A DNA stretch of 64,000 nucleotides. Source: Octopus bimaculoides (taxonomy: Eukaryota). The notes below the pieces were generated by a model that was given only the letters and a program-made list of their open reading frames with translations, made no database searches and was not told the origin of the DNA. The translations under genes were made by a program, and so were the position numbers. Of this stretch, positions 36,897-50,019 are shown in pieces; within the stretch, counting starts at the first letter, position 1, and each line of letters starts with the position of its first letter. The DNA lies in contig NC_068985.1 of NCBI RefSeq assembly GCF_001194135.2, positions 32,082,865 to 32,146,864 on the forward strand, read 5' to 3'.

Positions 36897-38829
36897 AAGT
36901 TGCCTTCTAGATTTTATCACAATAACCAATTTTTTAAAATTTATCATTTCGAGGAATGAGTATCATTTTTGTCAAAGAGACCTGTACTTTTGATTGTAAT
37001 CAATGAAATCTACAACCAACATATGAAGAACAATTATTACTGTAAATCAAAATATGTCAATGGTATGCATCCAATATTTCTTCATTAAAATATTGAGACG
37101 AGCAATATTGAGACAGTTTTCAGAGATTCTTGATAAAGCCTTGATGTTTTCTGAGTATCATTAAAGAATAATAACAATAATAAATAAATGTTGACATTTC
37201 TAGTCATTTTTTTCCAGAAAAATATACAGAAGGAAAATGACAAACAATTTTTCAAATTCTAATCAACAACAACAAAAAAAAGGCCTAATTTATATCATGA
37301 GATTCAAATAAAAGAATGTTTATTAAAATACAACACTAAAGTTTTACAAATAGTTCTTTTGAAATCATGTTATTTACTAGTATGGCAAACAATAACACTG
37401 AATTTATAGGTTAGCCACCGTCAGTGAAGAGTTATAATGCAGGTATAGGAGATACTACTGCTACTATCAGCAATGCAGTAGACTGCATAAGCTGTGTGTA
37501 TATGTTAGTACATACACAAATTATCAGGATACAAAACGTAGAATTATTTGTAGAATATTAAATAAATAATATAAATCAATTATATTAATTTTTTTAATAT
37601 AATGAAGTAGAATTGGAGAAGGACTGGGATACATAGACTAGAATGAGAAGATTCATTTATGACAACATATGCATTAAAAAATGCAGATCACAATAATGAT
37701 ACTGAATAAACTATCAAGAAAATCACACATTGTACTTGGGTATACTGACAGAAGAAATTTATATTATATGTAAGATAAAATAATATTTTGAAAGCTTTTT
37801 AAAAATGTAGTATGCTGGTGCCGTAAAAGATGATTAATGGAGCTAGTTTACAAGTATGTTTAACAGCTGGACCATTAAAAATAGTATATGCCATAAGATA
37901 TATTCAATAATGTTATATAAAATAATCAGTCATGAAATTAAATACTGATACAAATTTTGTACAGAATTACAAAGTAATGAATTCACTTTGATAATTACAA
38001 TTACAAAAGGAAATTGTCATTGGCCAACTGTTCAAAAACAGTTTCTTTAATATTAAAAATATTAATGATTTTAATAATTTTTGCATGATTAACCTCATCT
38101 TTAGAGATGAAACATTTTTTTATAATTATATCTGCCATAATACCTTATTTAGTATGCCAATGTACACTCAACAGTGGCATATATCCAGGAATAAAACACC
38201 TGACGATTGGAGATTGAGCAGATCGAAATGTAGTGAGATGTACATTTTAAAAAAGTTTCATCTAAAAAGATTAAGTGAATAGTTTCAAAAATTATAATCA
38301 TTAACAATAACTCTTCTCAAGCATTTACACAATTAATTGAAAAAGTTTTTATTAAGAACATTTGTAATAGTTATTTCATGCCTTTGAATACTATACACAA
38401 CTAAATACTTCTGAATTTTACCCTTATACTCTAATATATCAAATAACATTAAAACAATGAATTTTGTCGAAATATGACAAATATAATGAGTCTCAGAGAA
38501 GATGGGCAAATTTAAAAGGATTAGAAAGACAATCAGAAGAGTTAGGCATAAATTAGAAAAGTAGTTAGATTTAACATTCAGATAATCAAGGGATATTTCT
38601 GAATGCCTTGAAGGCAACTGAAATGAAAGAAATTAATGTAGGATAAGGTAGTGAAGAGTAAGGCTTTCAGAAAGAAAATGTATATCGTGTCAATGAAAAA
38701 ATATAAGTATAAAAAAAATCATGACCTAATATATTAAACAAAATAAAGTAAATAAGTCAGGTTCACAAAGTTGTGTTAACATCCTGTAATTAATGCAAAA
38801 GGTATAGAGTTAACAGGAGTTATAATTCC

Positions 38830-39062
38830 ACAAACAGATGTCTCAAGCCAATGAGGGAGGTTCTACATAGTTACTGAACCTGCTTGAAATAGCTACCAAA
38901 TCTCACTCAAATCACACCCTACCACCATTAATAAGAAAAGATCAAATTAGAAAATGTAGGCCTATTATACTCCTAAAAAGTGGTGTGGTTATGACTGGAA
39001 TATCTTTTATCATGCATGCTGACAGTCAGGCTTGACCTGGAGTTAATAATAACAGCACAAGA
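38830..39062 (+). mobile_element. (AAC)n-tail SINE family copy
   Basis: GAACCTGCTTGAAATAGCTACCAAATCTCACTCAAATCACACCCTACC...GGCTTGACCTGGAGTTAATAATAACAGC. Confidence 0.55.
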
Positions 39063-39539
39063 TGACATTTTCTAAAGTGAAAAACCAACAGTATTTCTTT
39101 TAACATGTTACAAAGTAAATTTTATGAAAAAAGAATACAATTGCCTGAACTGAACACAGTATGTAACTACTGTATAGTATTATTTTATCAATTTCTAGAA
39201 GTATGAACGTAATATCATTTTGAGTTCAAATCCTTATAGGGTTTGATTCATCTATTTGGGGAATGTACATTATTATCATCTGCATATGAATAAAATAGAT
39301 GAAACAAAAAAAAAAAGACCCCAAAAAACTACTGGGAATAAGGGGAAATGTAACAGGAAAAGTTTTAAATGAATATGTAGAAACAATTTATGCAAAGTGG
39401 ATATATACGAAGATAAGCATAAATATGTTGAAAGGGTTAAAGTCATGTCACAAAATTATACATGACCATAAGTTAAGTAAAACATTTAAATGCACCTTTT
39501 CATTGAAAACTGTCTGAAATACATAAAGAGGAAAAGAAA

Positions 39540-41500
39540 TCTATTTAGATTGAGTTGCCAGGCAATTCAAAGAAACTGCCAAGATAATGGGAAGATAGAT
39601 TTTGGAAACGTCCTCAACTTGAAAATAGTGACTCTACAACTAACCTTTTTGTAGATGTGACAAGTTTCTTTTTTTGTTGGACAAATAGAGTGGTCTTGCT
39701 AGAAGTCTGGACAAAAACAGCATCTTTGTCTTAAAAGATATGTTCAAGATGGCAGAGAAGGTCATTGCTAAGTTACTATTTCTTTGATCAACTTGAATGG
39801 AATGAGCCTGTTCTAAATCCAACAGAGTTTTCAGAGTTTGTGGGATACTGTCAGACATTCTCACAAATAAATGCAATTTCAAAACCTTTTTCTCAATACA
39901 CAGCAGTTACAGCTTGAAATTTACAATGTCTGTTTAGGCTGCAAAGTATTGTGACTTAAGATTCAAAGTCTTGACCAGGTTGCAGTCTTGTCACTGCAAT
40001 TGGAATCAACAAAAAATTGCATTCTGCTGTTCAAGAGTAACTACTGTAATATTGTTGTCACAACAATCTGCAATATGGCTAAAGGCTGAAGGTGAGATAA
40101 ATTAGTAAGCATACAGAGCTTTTGTCATTCAAGTGAGCTTTGAAGTTCAGCAAGAAGATTTAGGAATGTAATTTTCCAGTGTGCACACTTTATGCTTGTA
40201 CATCATAAAGTACCATTGAAGCAATGTGGCCAAAACCTTCCCACAAAATCCCAAAGTTTTAATGTTATTTGATTTTATTGTATTTAATTGTAAAAGACAT
40301 GTCCTAAAGTACATTTTGGTGGAACTTGTGAAAATAATTATTTAGTCAGTATAAGCTGAACTTATTTCCACAAGATCTGGCCATAAAAGGACAATTGTGA
40401 TAAATATTTTCCATTTGCTGGTAAGAAAATGAAAAAAAAAAATTTAGGTAACATTGTGCCATTTTATTACTGGTTATAATTATTGTGATGATAAACAGTT
40501 GTGAGAAAGCTTAACTTCAATTATTTGAAGCACATATTCATTGCATCTTTCTGGCTGTTAGCCTTCAACTAAAGATTATAACACAAATTGATTGAAAGTA
40601 TTCCAACATTTGGTCCATAAGTATTCTGTTTCACTTCCTTCTCTGGTGCTGGTATTTTGCTCAATATTTGGATGATCTAAGGAAAGGGCTTATGATTTAA
40701 GGAAAGGGAATATTTTGTTAAATTTATAATCAACAGTGAATTGTATGTGTAGATATTAGCATCATTATTCATTTAGTTTAAATACCCATAATATCATAAT
40801 TTTTGGCTTTTCATTCATGAAACTTTACTTCCTAAATGCTTTACTCATGTTTATGTAACTAAAACACCAAAGGAAATACAATGTAGTGTAAACTATAAAA
40901 TACATATATTTGATTGAGAATTAGCTAGAAATATTCACTTAAAATAAGTGTACTGTGGCTAAAAATTTAGTCAATTAAGTCTCAAAAAATATTATTGATA
41001 TATATTTTTTTATTATTATATGAGGGATAAACAGCAAAGTTAACTGGTATAAAGTCCGAATGTGTATGTGTGTATTGTGTCTGTCGATTATTCAACAAGC
41101 AATGTGACAATTGGCAGAATGGCATTTGCACACACAAAACTGTGTCATGCTTCTTTGCTTCTGATTGCTCATATTAAAACTTTGTTTATCTGTTGCTATT
41201 GTAAGATTACATATAAATATCTCAACTATTATCAACAGCATTTCATTACTGTGATCTTATTTTCAGGATGACCAGTAATAAAATGGCACAATATTACTCA
41301 AGTTTTTTTTCTTCTTTTTTCTTACCAGCAAATGGAAAATATTTATCAAAATTGTCCTTTCATGGCCAGATCTTGTGGAAACAAGTTCAGCTTACAGTGA
41401 AAAATACATCTGAGTCAATGTATGGCAGCAAAAAAATGGAAATGGTTAAGACAAATAAAATGCTGCACAGATTTTGAGAAGTCTGCAGAAGAAAAGAATC
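39540..41500. mobile_element. Possible highly decayed piggyBac-like transposase relic(s)
   Basis: Only loose motif resemblance: minus HIF*DKDAVFVQTS (compare W.DK..V...ST), SVHTGK, QFFVDSNCS; plus DYSTS. Heavily broken. Confidence 0.3.
40352..41394. repeat. About 123-bp inverted repeat pair (40352-40474 / 41271-41394), spacer about 800 nt
   Basis: Core 40352-40429 versus 41317-41394 matches 75/78 as reverse complement; homology extends through ACCAGTAATAAAATGGCACAAT. Confidence 0.9.
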
Positions 41501-42669
41501 TTCTACCCAAGCATCAACTTGTTATACTTAATTATAGAGACTATGAAGCTTGATTGGCACACAAAGAAACAAATGGCAAAAGAACAAAAGCACAAAATAA
41601 AATAGAAATTTAGTCTAAGACAATAAAGCAACAGATTATGAATAGAAATTTCAGTGTCTTCTTTAAATATTTAAATTGTAAGAAATGAAGAGAGTTGCAG
41701 TCAGCCATGCCAGTAAGGTGCTGAAGGCTTGATTGATTGCATTTCATCCAAAGTACTGTACTGAAACTTTGGAATAGTAACTTAACCCTCAACAGACCAA
41801 ACAATCTAGTTGTAAATAGGTGTATCGGGAGGGCATAAATAATTTTCTGAGTACTGATGATGGGGTCAGTGTAACTGATGTTCTGTTAGTTTGCAGAGTA
41901 ACTGATGTTTTGTTAGGTTTCTCATGGGCTCCTGGAGAAGAAGTGAAACTGTTGCAGTGTATTCTTTCTTATCACTGCACAAAAAGACCTGAACTCAGAA
42001 CGCAGAGAAATATAATTAAATAATTCCAATAATTTTATCTGATAATCTACTAATTCTGCCATCCACCAGGTTTTTTGTAATAACAAAATGTAAAACTATT
42101 GCAAATTTAAAACAGTAAAATTTCATATTAAATTTTCTGAAAAGCTATGAGGAAAAAATTTCACTTGTCCAAAAGAAAATGCAACAGGTATATTTAATGC
42201 ACCAAATTCAAATCTTTCATGGGTTTTTTATGTAAGACATATCAGAAATAAATTAAGGTAAACAATAAACAAATTATCAAAACTAAAATAAAAATACATT
42301 AATACTATTTCTGTCAACACTTTAACAAAGGTTATTTCTCCAAACACACTGCTAACTCTACTGACATGAAGGAAAGATTTGTAATTGAAATTACAATAAA
42401 AATCAATAACTTGGGAAAGAAATATTATTTCACTTAATATTTGCTTTATTTTCTATGAAATGTCAGCTTAATCCACAAAAGAAAACAGTACAGAACAAAA
42501 CTGATATCAAAAACAGCCCATAAGCAATGTGATTTTGATATGGGCAAAAAAATGTTCCTTAATAGGGTCAGTATTAGTAATCATGAGATTTGACACTTGG
42601 CTACATGCATCAAACCCCAAAAGCACTGTAATTTTATATAATATTTATATCTTTCATGTTTTTGTTGTT

Positions 42670-43015
42670 AGCCTGTGGCCATGCTGGTGTACCATCTTGG
42701 GGGGGGGGCTTACTTGAACAAACTGACCCCAGTACTTACCTTTCTTTAGCCTGGTACTTATTCTATTGATCTCTTTTCACCAAGCTGTTAAGTTACAGGG
42801 ATGTAAACAAACGAACACCAGCTGTCAAGTGGTAGTGGGACAAACACAAACAGGTATATACACACACACACACATAATGGGCGTCTTTCACTTGAACATT
42901 GAATAACTTGTTAAAATGTAAACCATTTACCAAATTCATACACAAGGCTTTGGTCAACTCAGGGATGACACTTGCCTAAGGTGCCATGCAGTGGGACTGA
43001 ACTTGGAACCAAGCT
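42670..43015 (-). mobile_element. tRNA-derived SINE (tail type A), minus strand
   Basis: Same head, core and tail as 26255-26640, with (TG)n between core and tail. Confidence 0.75.
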
Positions 43016-43409
43016 TCATATTTTCTTTTTCTTTTGTAAAATGAGATTATCAACATCTTCTGTGAAACTTTAGTGCAGGAAGGTATAACGGTGTGTGATC
43101 ATTATTTATGACACTTGTGTATGAAATTAGCTTTGTGCATGCAAATGTAGCTGAAAAGCTGAGTAAATGATTTGAATCTCAGTTCATTTGAAGTTGGCAT
43201 CTAGAAACATTTGAAAATGCTTAACTAACATGTTTCAATGAGGTTCACAAAAAACAGAAAAGAGAAGAAAAAAAACATAATAAAATAAGGGTGCACTGTC
43301 ACTTTTTTCAGTACTAGCTTGATGACAGCTAATATTGATTTCATGTGGTTCTGCTCATTTATTTATATATATAGATATATAAAACCATCAATTAATGTCC
43401 ACATTTCCA

Positions 43410-43735
43410 TGTTTGCATGGATTAGAGGGAATTTATTGAGGCAGATTTTCTAAATTTTTTATGGATGGATGACTTTCCTGTTGCCAACCATCACCTGTCT
43501 CCAAGCAAGATAATATTTCCCATGGCCAGACATGATTTTCATGGGAGACTGGAAACAAGCAACCCTGCTTGTATGATGGTGAAGCTCGTTTGCAATCATC
43601 ACATGATGTCAAAACAAGGGTACGTACACACACATAGGCTTCTTTCAGTTTTCAAATCTATTCAAAAGACTTTGGTCAGCCTAGAGCTATAGTAGAAGAC
43701 ACATGCCTAACGTGCTGCACAGTGGGACTGAACAA
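43410..43735 (-). mobile_element. tRNA-derived SINE (tail type B, RTE-like end), minus strand
   Basis: Reverse complement of 57025-57420: head GTTCAGTCCCACTGTGCAGCACGTTAGGCATGTGTCTTCTACTATAG, tail ...CATGCAAACATGGAAATGTGGACATTAATTGATGG. Confidence 0.75.
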
Positions 43736-44609
43736 TATAAGCACACACACCTAACCAGAGATTTATATGAAAGGAAAGGGAGACACTCATGACTTTCTAA
43801 AGAGCTTTAGCGCAAAATTACTACAAATGAAAATTGAAACAATGTTCAGACATGGATCACTGACAGCATACCTTTCTAAGACTAGAAAATGAAGTTAAAA
43901 ACCATTAAGGAAAACTAAAGAAAGAATGATTTCCTTCATGACAACTCTTATGTGATTTGATATGAAGTAACCAACTGTTTCCAACCCGAATGATTAACAA
44001 TCATTATTTCAATGCCATACTAAATCTTTTAACATTTTTGGTAGTCTCTAACATTGGCTTGTTTAGCCTTCAAGAAAATTGTACGCCATGGCATTTTATA
44101 TCATTCACATTTCTCCTTGGATGTTTTTTCCTAGTTTCTTTTTAGTAGTGCTAGTAGACCCCTTTCAATGCTAACATTTAACTTCTTGTTTTTGAATGGA
44201 TGTCAAATGCTTTCTATCTTAGCCATATAGTAAAGTGCCCTAATATATTGCTGTTCTATGAACAAAGATTATGTCCATCTGAATGCAACTTGTGTAGACT
44301 ACTTTAATTCCACAATTGATTTCTTGACTCTAGATTCTTGAGAACATTGCTTAAAGTAAGGTGATTCTACATTAAACTATTTCAACTTCAGTAAAAATCT
44401 ACACAAGTATTCAAAAACTGTATTTATAACATACAATTTTTTTTTCTTTTTAACAAGAATTGCTTTTTACTGTCTTAGGTATGTGTAGAAAAGAAAGATA
44501 AAGCATTGAAAACTTCTGAAATAAAAGCATTCAGAGTCAAGACTTGCAGAATTTGTAAGATGCGAAGAGATTTTAAAATGCACACCACTTTGGAATGAAA
44601 TTTCCTTCA

Positions 44610-44614
44610 CACAG

Positions 44615-44676
<62 letters not shown>
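44610..44676. repeat. (CA)n(TA)n(CA)n microsatellite
   Basis: Direct reading. Confidence 0.9.
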
Positions 44677-44677
<1 letters not shown>

Positions 44678-46060
44678 TATATATGCTACTTTTCTTTTAG
44701 TCAATCAAATACACCAATGTAAATCCCTTAAACATTGAATGACTTGTAAATATGAACATCAACAATATATCTCAAAATCATTTTAGACATCCAAATGTGA
44801 AATTTTTTGTTATCCAAGTCACAATATAATTATACTAGGCAAGTATAGTCTTAGAATTAAAATAATTCCTCTCTCAATCTCCAATTAAACCATCATTTCT
44901 TAGCTTGTAAGAACCTATGTAACAATCAATCAGTCATATATTTATGTGACCTTTAACTTAAAATAGTTTTTTATGATTTAAATGTAATCCTCAGAATGCA
45001 GATAAAAGATAACTCGATAATTTAGGACTAGAATACAGATAAACATTTGATACACTACAAAATAATCTGGAAATGAAGGTTCAGTTTTCATTTCATCATT
45101 TAAGAATTACCAATATTGAAGCAGTCACAAATATTACTCCTTCAATTTTAATATCACCATCATTGAATGAACAAGAAATTTTAAAATAAATAATTGATAA
45201 TTTTGTTGTCTTAAAATATTTGTAAATAAAAGAGGAATTTTGAGAAAAGGAAAACGTAATTAAGTTAAATTATTGTCATAAATCCCTGCTAGCTATCAGT
45301 TCATTTACTTAAGGATTGGCATTACTAAAATACCAATCCTTACTAAAAAATGTTATCACTTTAGTGCCCTTCCTTTTTGAACTGTAAATACATTAAGGTT
45401 AAAAAATATATGAAGTATTTCAAAATTTTCTGATTGTTAGTCTAATTTTTTTCTATTTTAAAAATATTCCACACTACTTTTTGATTAGTTGATTGATTCA
45501 TTTACCTTATTTAATATATGGGTTCTATTCCTATGTATCCATATATGCTTAAGCTTGTTTTGAACCCAGAACCTTATTTCAAATGCTGAGTTTTCACTAT
45601 TCAGCTCCAGTTACAGGATGAAACTGAAGTCTGTGCTGGATTTAGTGATTGTTTTCACAGCAATAATTTACTGCTGTTTTAATTTTATGCATTTCTACTA
45701 TAATTTTGTCTTTTTGTATAATGGAAATTCCATTCAAGAATATTATGCAATTTCATTTCTTTTTCAGTTTTGCTTTGCCTCACAAATATTCTGTAATTCT
45801 TGACTTTAAAATGTTTCTCCTCAAACCAGAGCATTTCGGTGAGCTATCCTTCTTTGTTAAGATTTTCCACAAAATGTATGCAATCTTATAAAAACAATTC
45901 TGCTATAAAAATATAGAATATTATAAATACAATTCCTTGAACTCACAGGTAGGTTTTTACTGAGATTGAGATAGTTTACTAATAGAGCCATTTTGAGCGC
46001 TGTTCTCCTATTATATTGTGAGCAGATTCTTTGTAGCTTTGCAATAGAGCAAAGACTCTG

Positions 46061-46096
46061 TACATGTAGTTTGACCTTGTGGTCAAACTACATGTA
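46061..46096. other. Perfect 16-bp palindromic hairpin with 4-nt loop
   Basis: TACATGTAGTTTGACC ttgt GGTCAAACTACATGTA; extends four more pairs with G-U wobbles. Confidence 0.9.
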
Positions 46097-47426
46097 TGGA
46101 ACGTGTCAAATATCTTATCCATGAAAACAAAATAAATATAACAATCTAAAATATTACACTAGTAGTTACCTTATAATAAATATGAAATCTGTGATTCTAA
46201 CCTGTGGTGTAATATCATTTTTTACTCCTCCAGCTTTTACTCAACAGCTTTTCTAGATTACTTTCATCTCATAGTTACTGCTTATGAATAGCTGTAGACT
46301 TGTTTTCCTTTCACGAAGCAATGCTAGAAATGTTTAATTATAAAGAAAAAGTTCTCCTAAGAGAATTTTTTCCAGCTCATGCTTAAAGAATCTTCACAAT
46401 ATTACTAGAAATGTGAGTAGCTTTGAGAGTCATCTTCATAGATTAACTACTGATCATTGTTATACTAGTTAGCTACAGAAAACTACATATATTGCTCAAA
46501 TTCAGTTTAACAATACCTAATTTTACAACTAACTAGCATTATTTACAATGAGATCAGATTTTATCCCTATCTTACATTAGTTTCTCTAATTTCAACAGAT
46601 GTGTAATGGAAGAGGTCTCAAAAATGATTATTCATGTAGAGATCATCATCATTATTGATTTTATGTTCACATTTCCATTCTAGCACAGGGGCTTCTTGAC
46701 ACATGGCTGGATAGCCTTTGCCATGCTGGCACAGGGACTTCTGGAGGCTTTATGGTTGGATAGCCTTCACCTCTTACAACACAGAGGGATATGATGAACC
46801 TATTCTAAAAAGCAGGATAGCTCACAAGATTTGTTTTAAGATAAAAATACATACATTTTGATATTGCTGAATATTCATTCTAAAGATTATCAACAATTAT
46901 GATAGAAAGGGCAAAGATTTGAAGGTATTTTATGAAATTAAGAAGTTTCATTATTAACTTTAATCAGTTTCAGTTAAATTCACCCTTATTATGAAACATA
47001 TCATAGGATACTTGGTTGATTTATGATATAAATTTTGACCATTTGTCACATTAGATTTTGTACTCATTTATTGTTTTTGTTGTTTTGCCTTAAAATGGAT
47101 TACCATTAGATTTAGTATTTTTGATCTTGAATAAAGGGGTAAACAACTCAATTTCTTTAGATATACACCTACATAAGAAGAACGAGGAATGAAAATTACA
47201 CATTAAAAGAGGTTTTAAAATCAGATTCTTTGTTCTAAATACTACTAAACTCACTGCTATTAAATAGACAGAATCAACAATAAAGTGTTCCAATTACTAT
47301 AAGACATTTGAGACAGTCGTGATTTTCTGTGTCAGTAAGTTAACTCATTTTGTGAAAAGATAAATAATCATCATCTTTATAGCTAAAGAAAAAAACCCAT
47401 TAGTGTATGTACTAAATATTTTTTAA

Positions 47427-47646
47427 CCCTTTAGCATTCAAACTGGCAATGTCAAGCCAAAATATTTAACCTATTTTACGTTGAAACTGGCCAGATCTGG
47501 CCTCTAACCACAACCCTACAACATCATTCTAAAACTAAACAATCACATCAACAAAATCCCTAAACTACAAGATAATGTACGATTAATTCAAAACAATATA
47601 AATAAACAAACATTACATTTGACAGAATAATCTGAATACTAAAAAG
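47427..47646. mobile_element. 220-bp piggyBac-type MITE, second copy
   Basis: TTAA|CCCTTTAGCATT ... AATACTAAAAAG|TTAA; same length as 13627-13846 with shared internal blocks (AAACTGGCCAGATCTGGCCTCT, GATTAATTCAAA, TTTGACAGAATAATC). Confidence 0.85.
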
Positions 47647-49519
47647 TTAAATGCAGTTAGTTACAACTAAATGAAATGCCATTAAAAGAAATTAAAATAT
47701 TTCACCCTATATTTGTCTTTTGTAAGAATATGCAAATTTTGTTATCTCTAATTAATGTTCAGTTCTCAGAACTTGAATGTACAAAAATCGTTTGCATGGC
47801 TATTTTTTTAATTTATTCTTTTGGATAATTTTGCATTTTCATTGATCTACATAACTATTTTGTAAACACAATTTTAATTCTTGTTTTGAGAAGATGGATA
47901 GCAACAATAAGTAAAATAATTTAATAGGAAGCAAAGATAAATGATGATAGCAACTTTATTTCCTGGATTACTGGGTGATTATGGAAAAAGCCACAGCATC
48001 TGCAAGCCCCTATCTTTCTTTAAACTGTCCATGTCCACTCATGCTATTCATATATTTATAGAAAGCAATTGCAATGGAAATAAGATTTTGAGAAATCATA
48101 TCTTGTAGAAATGAAAATCAAAGACAAGAAAACAATGGATACAGAACTGGAAAAGATTGAGATGAGCATTTGGATATACCAGAAAAAAAAATTCAACATA
48201 GAAGATGTACAAGAAATAAAATGGAAAAAATTTAAGAGCTAATGGACAGATACTTTTGTAAGTTAAAACAAAAATATTATTTGACATTACTAACATGGCT
48301 CAGTAGCCATAAACAATTAATGATACTATCCCCTAATAAATGAGTCAGCATTTAAACATTAACACAGTTGAATGGGTAAATCCATTGAAAGACTATAGCC
48401 AATAATGATATTACTGTAGCTTTGAAAAGCCAGAGCTCGACAAAAGAAAAAAAAAAACCTGTTAGTGTTGAAAAGAATAAACATATTAGGATATTAGTAA
48501 ATGTTGCTTTGATGTAGAACAGCTACTAAAATAATCATATCCTTGAATTTATTGAAGAATAATTAAAAATTTTCTCCTTATTCCTATTACATCTAAAAAA
48601 GTCTTAAATTAAAATTAATAAAAAAGATCAAATTCAGTTGAAGCCATATAAAAGGTTTGATGAAATAAGAACGCATAAATACAATGGATTATCATTAGGA
48701 AAATAATTATGTCATCTATCTTACATATTTGCATCCAACTACAAAATGAGCATTAAGTCCATGAGTTAATGCAAGTGTGTGTGTAGGAAGGGAGACTGAA
48801 GGTTGCTCCAGTGTATTGGTTAACATGTCTGTCATGGATACAGATGATGCTAGCTCAAGCCTGGTAGCAAGTCTTTGGTCTGTTTACCATCAAGGGTTTT
48901 TAAACTTATTGTATCATATGCTATTATTTACAGCAGTAGAGTATATAAACGAATTGGCTGCTAGCTTGTATGGGATTCGAAAATTGATTTAGGCTGTTCA
49001 GTATTTTTTTCAGTGGAGGAATAGCTAAATTTGCCATTTATATATCTACTACATAGGTTACACATACACACACACTGAAACTAAGAGTTTGTCTCATAAT
49101 TTGAGTTTCATGCCACTTCAATTTTCAGGTGAGAACTATTTTAACTTGGTAGTGTATTTATATCCTTTGGTGTGCTTGTATTTGTTCATTGGTTAACTTT
49201 TACATACTTATTGATTGGGTGGTGCTTTTATAGTCTCTTCATTGGTCATTTATGTTATTTGTTTTGAGATGTAGTGTTTGTATTTCTTGCAATTGTAGGT
49301 GGGAGAGTGCATTATTAACTGGTTAGGAATTGTTGAGAGTTTGCAAAGAGTGTATGGGCAAGCAAGAGAGAGAAATGGGAGAGGGGAGGTATGCAATGAG
49401 TGTAAAGATTGGGTACAGTTGAAGGGTAAATATAGGAATTGATGGATAAGGGATGGGGGATGACCAGTGATGCAGGAGTTGGGGAAAGATAGAGGGATAT
49501 AGAAGAGAGCAGCGTCAGG

Positions 49520-49975
49520 ATAGCTGGGCAAAATGCTTAGTGGCATTTTCGTCCATCTTTACATTCTGAGTTCAAATTCCATCAAGGCCGACTTTGCCTT
49601 TCATCCTTTCAGAGTTGATAAAATAAGTACTAGCTGTGCACTGAGGTTGATGTAATTGACTTACTCTCTCCCCCAAAATTGCTGATCTTGTGCCAACGTT
49701 TGAAACCAATATTATTATTATTATTATTATTATTATTATGGCGATAAACTGGCAAAATCGTTAGTATGCTGGATGAAATATTTAACAGTATTTCATCCAT
49801 TGCTATGTTCTGAGTTCAAATTCTGCCATGGTTGACTTTGCCTTTCATCCTTCCAGAGTTGATAAATTAAGTACCAGTGAAAGATTGGGGCTGATGCAAT
49901 CGACTAGTCCCCTCCCACCAAATTTCTTGTATCTATAGTAGAAAGATTATTATTATTATTATGTTATTAGTATTA
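49520..49975 (+). mobile_element. Two head-to-tail tRNA-derived SINEs with (TAT)n tails
   Basis: Both contain TTCTGAGTTCAAATTC (B-box-like) and GACTTTGCCTTTCATCCTT...GTTGATAAA.TAAGTAC; tails at about 49710-49738 and 49945-49975. Confidence 0.85.
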
Positions 49976-50019
49976 TTACTGTTATAATTATTTAACTATT
50001 GATCTTACTACTGATACTA

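Noticed and set aside
41871-41920. 27-bp tandem duplication (also small duplications near 17030-17080 and 30130-30150)
   Set aside because: Ordinary slippage duplications with no sign of function.
49560-49590. tRNA gene suggested by the B-box-like GAGTTCAAATTCC
   Set aside because: No cloverleaf; it is the tRNA-derived head of a repeated SINE.
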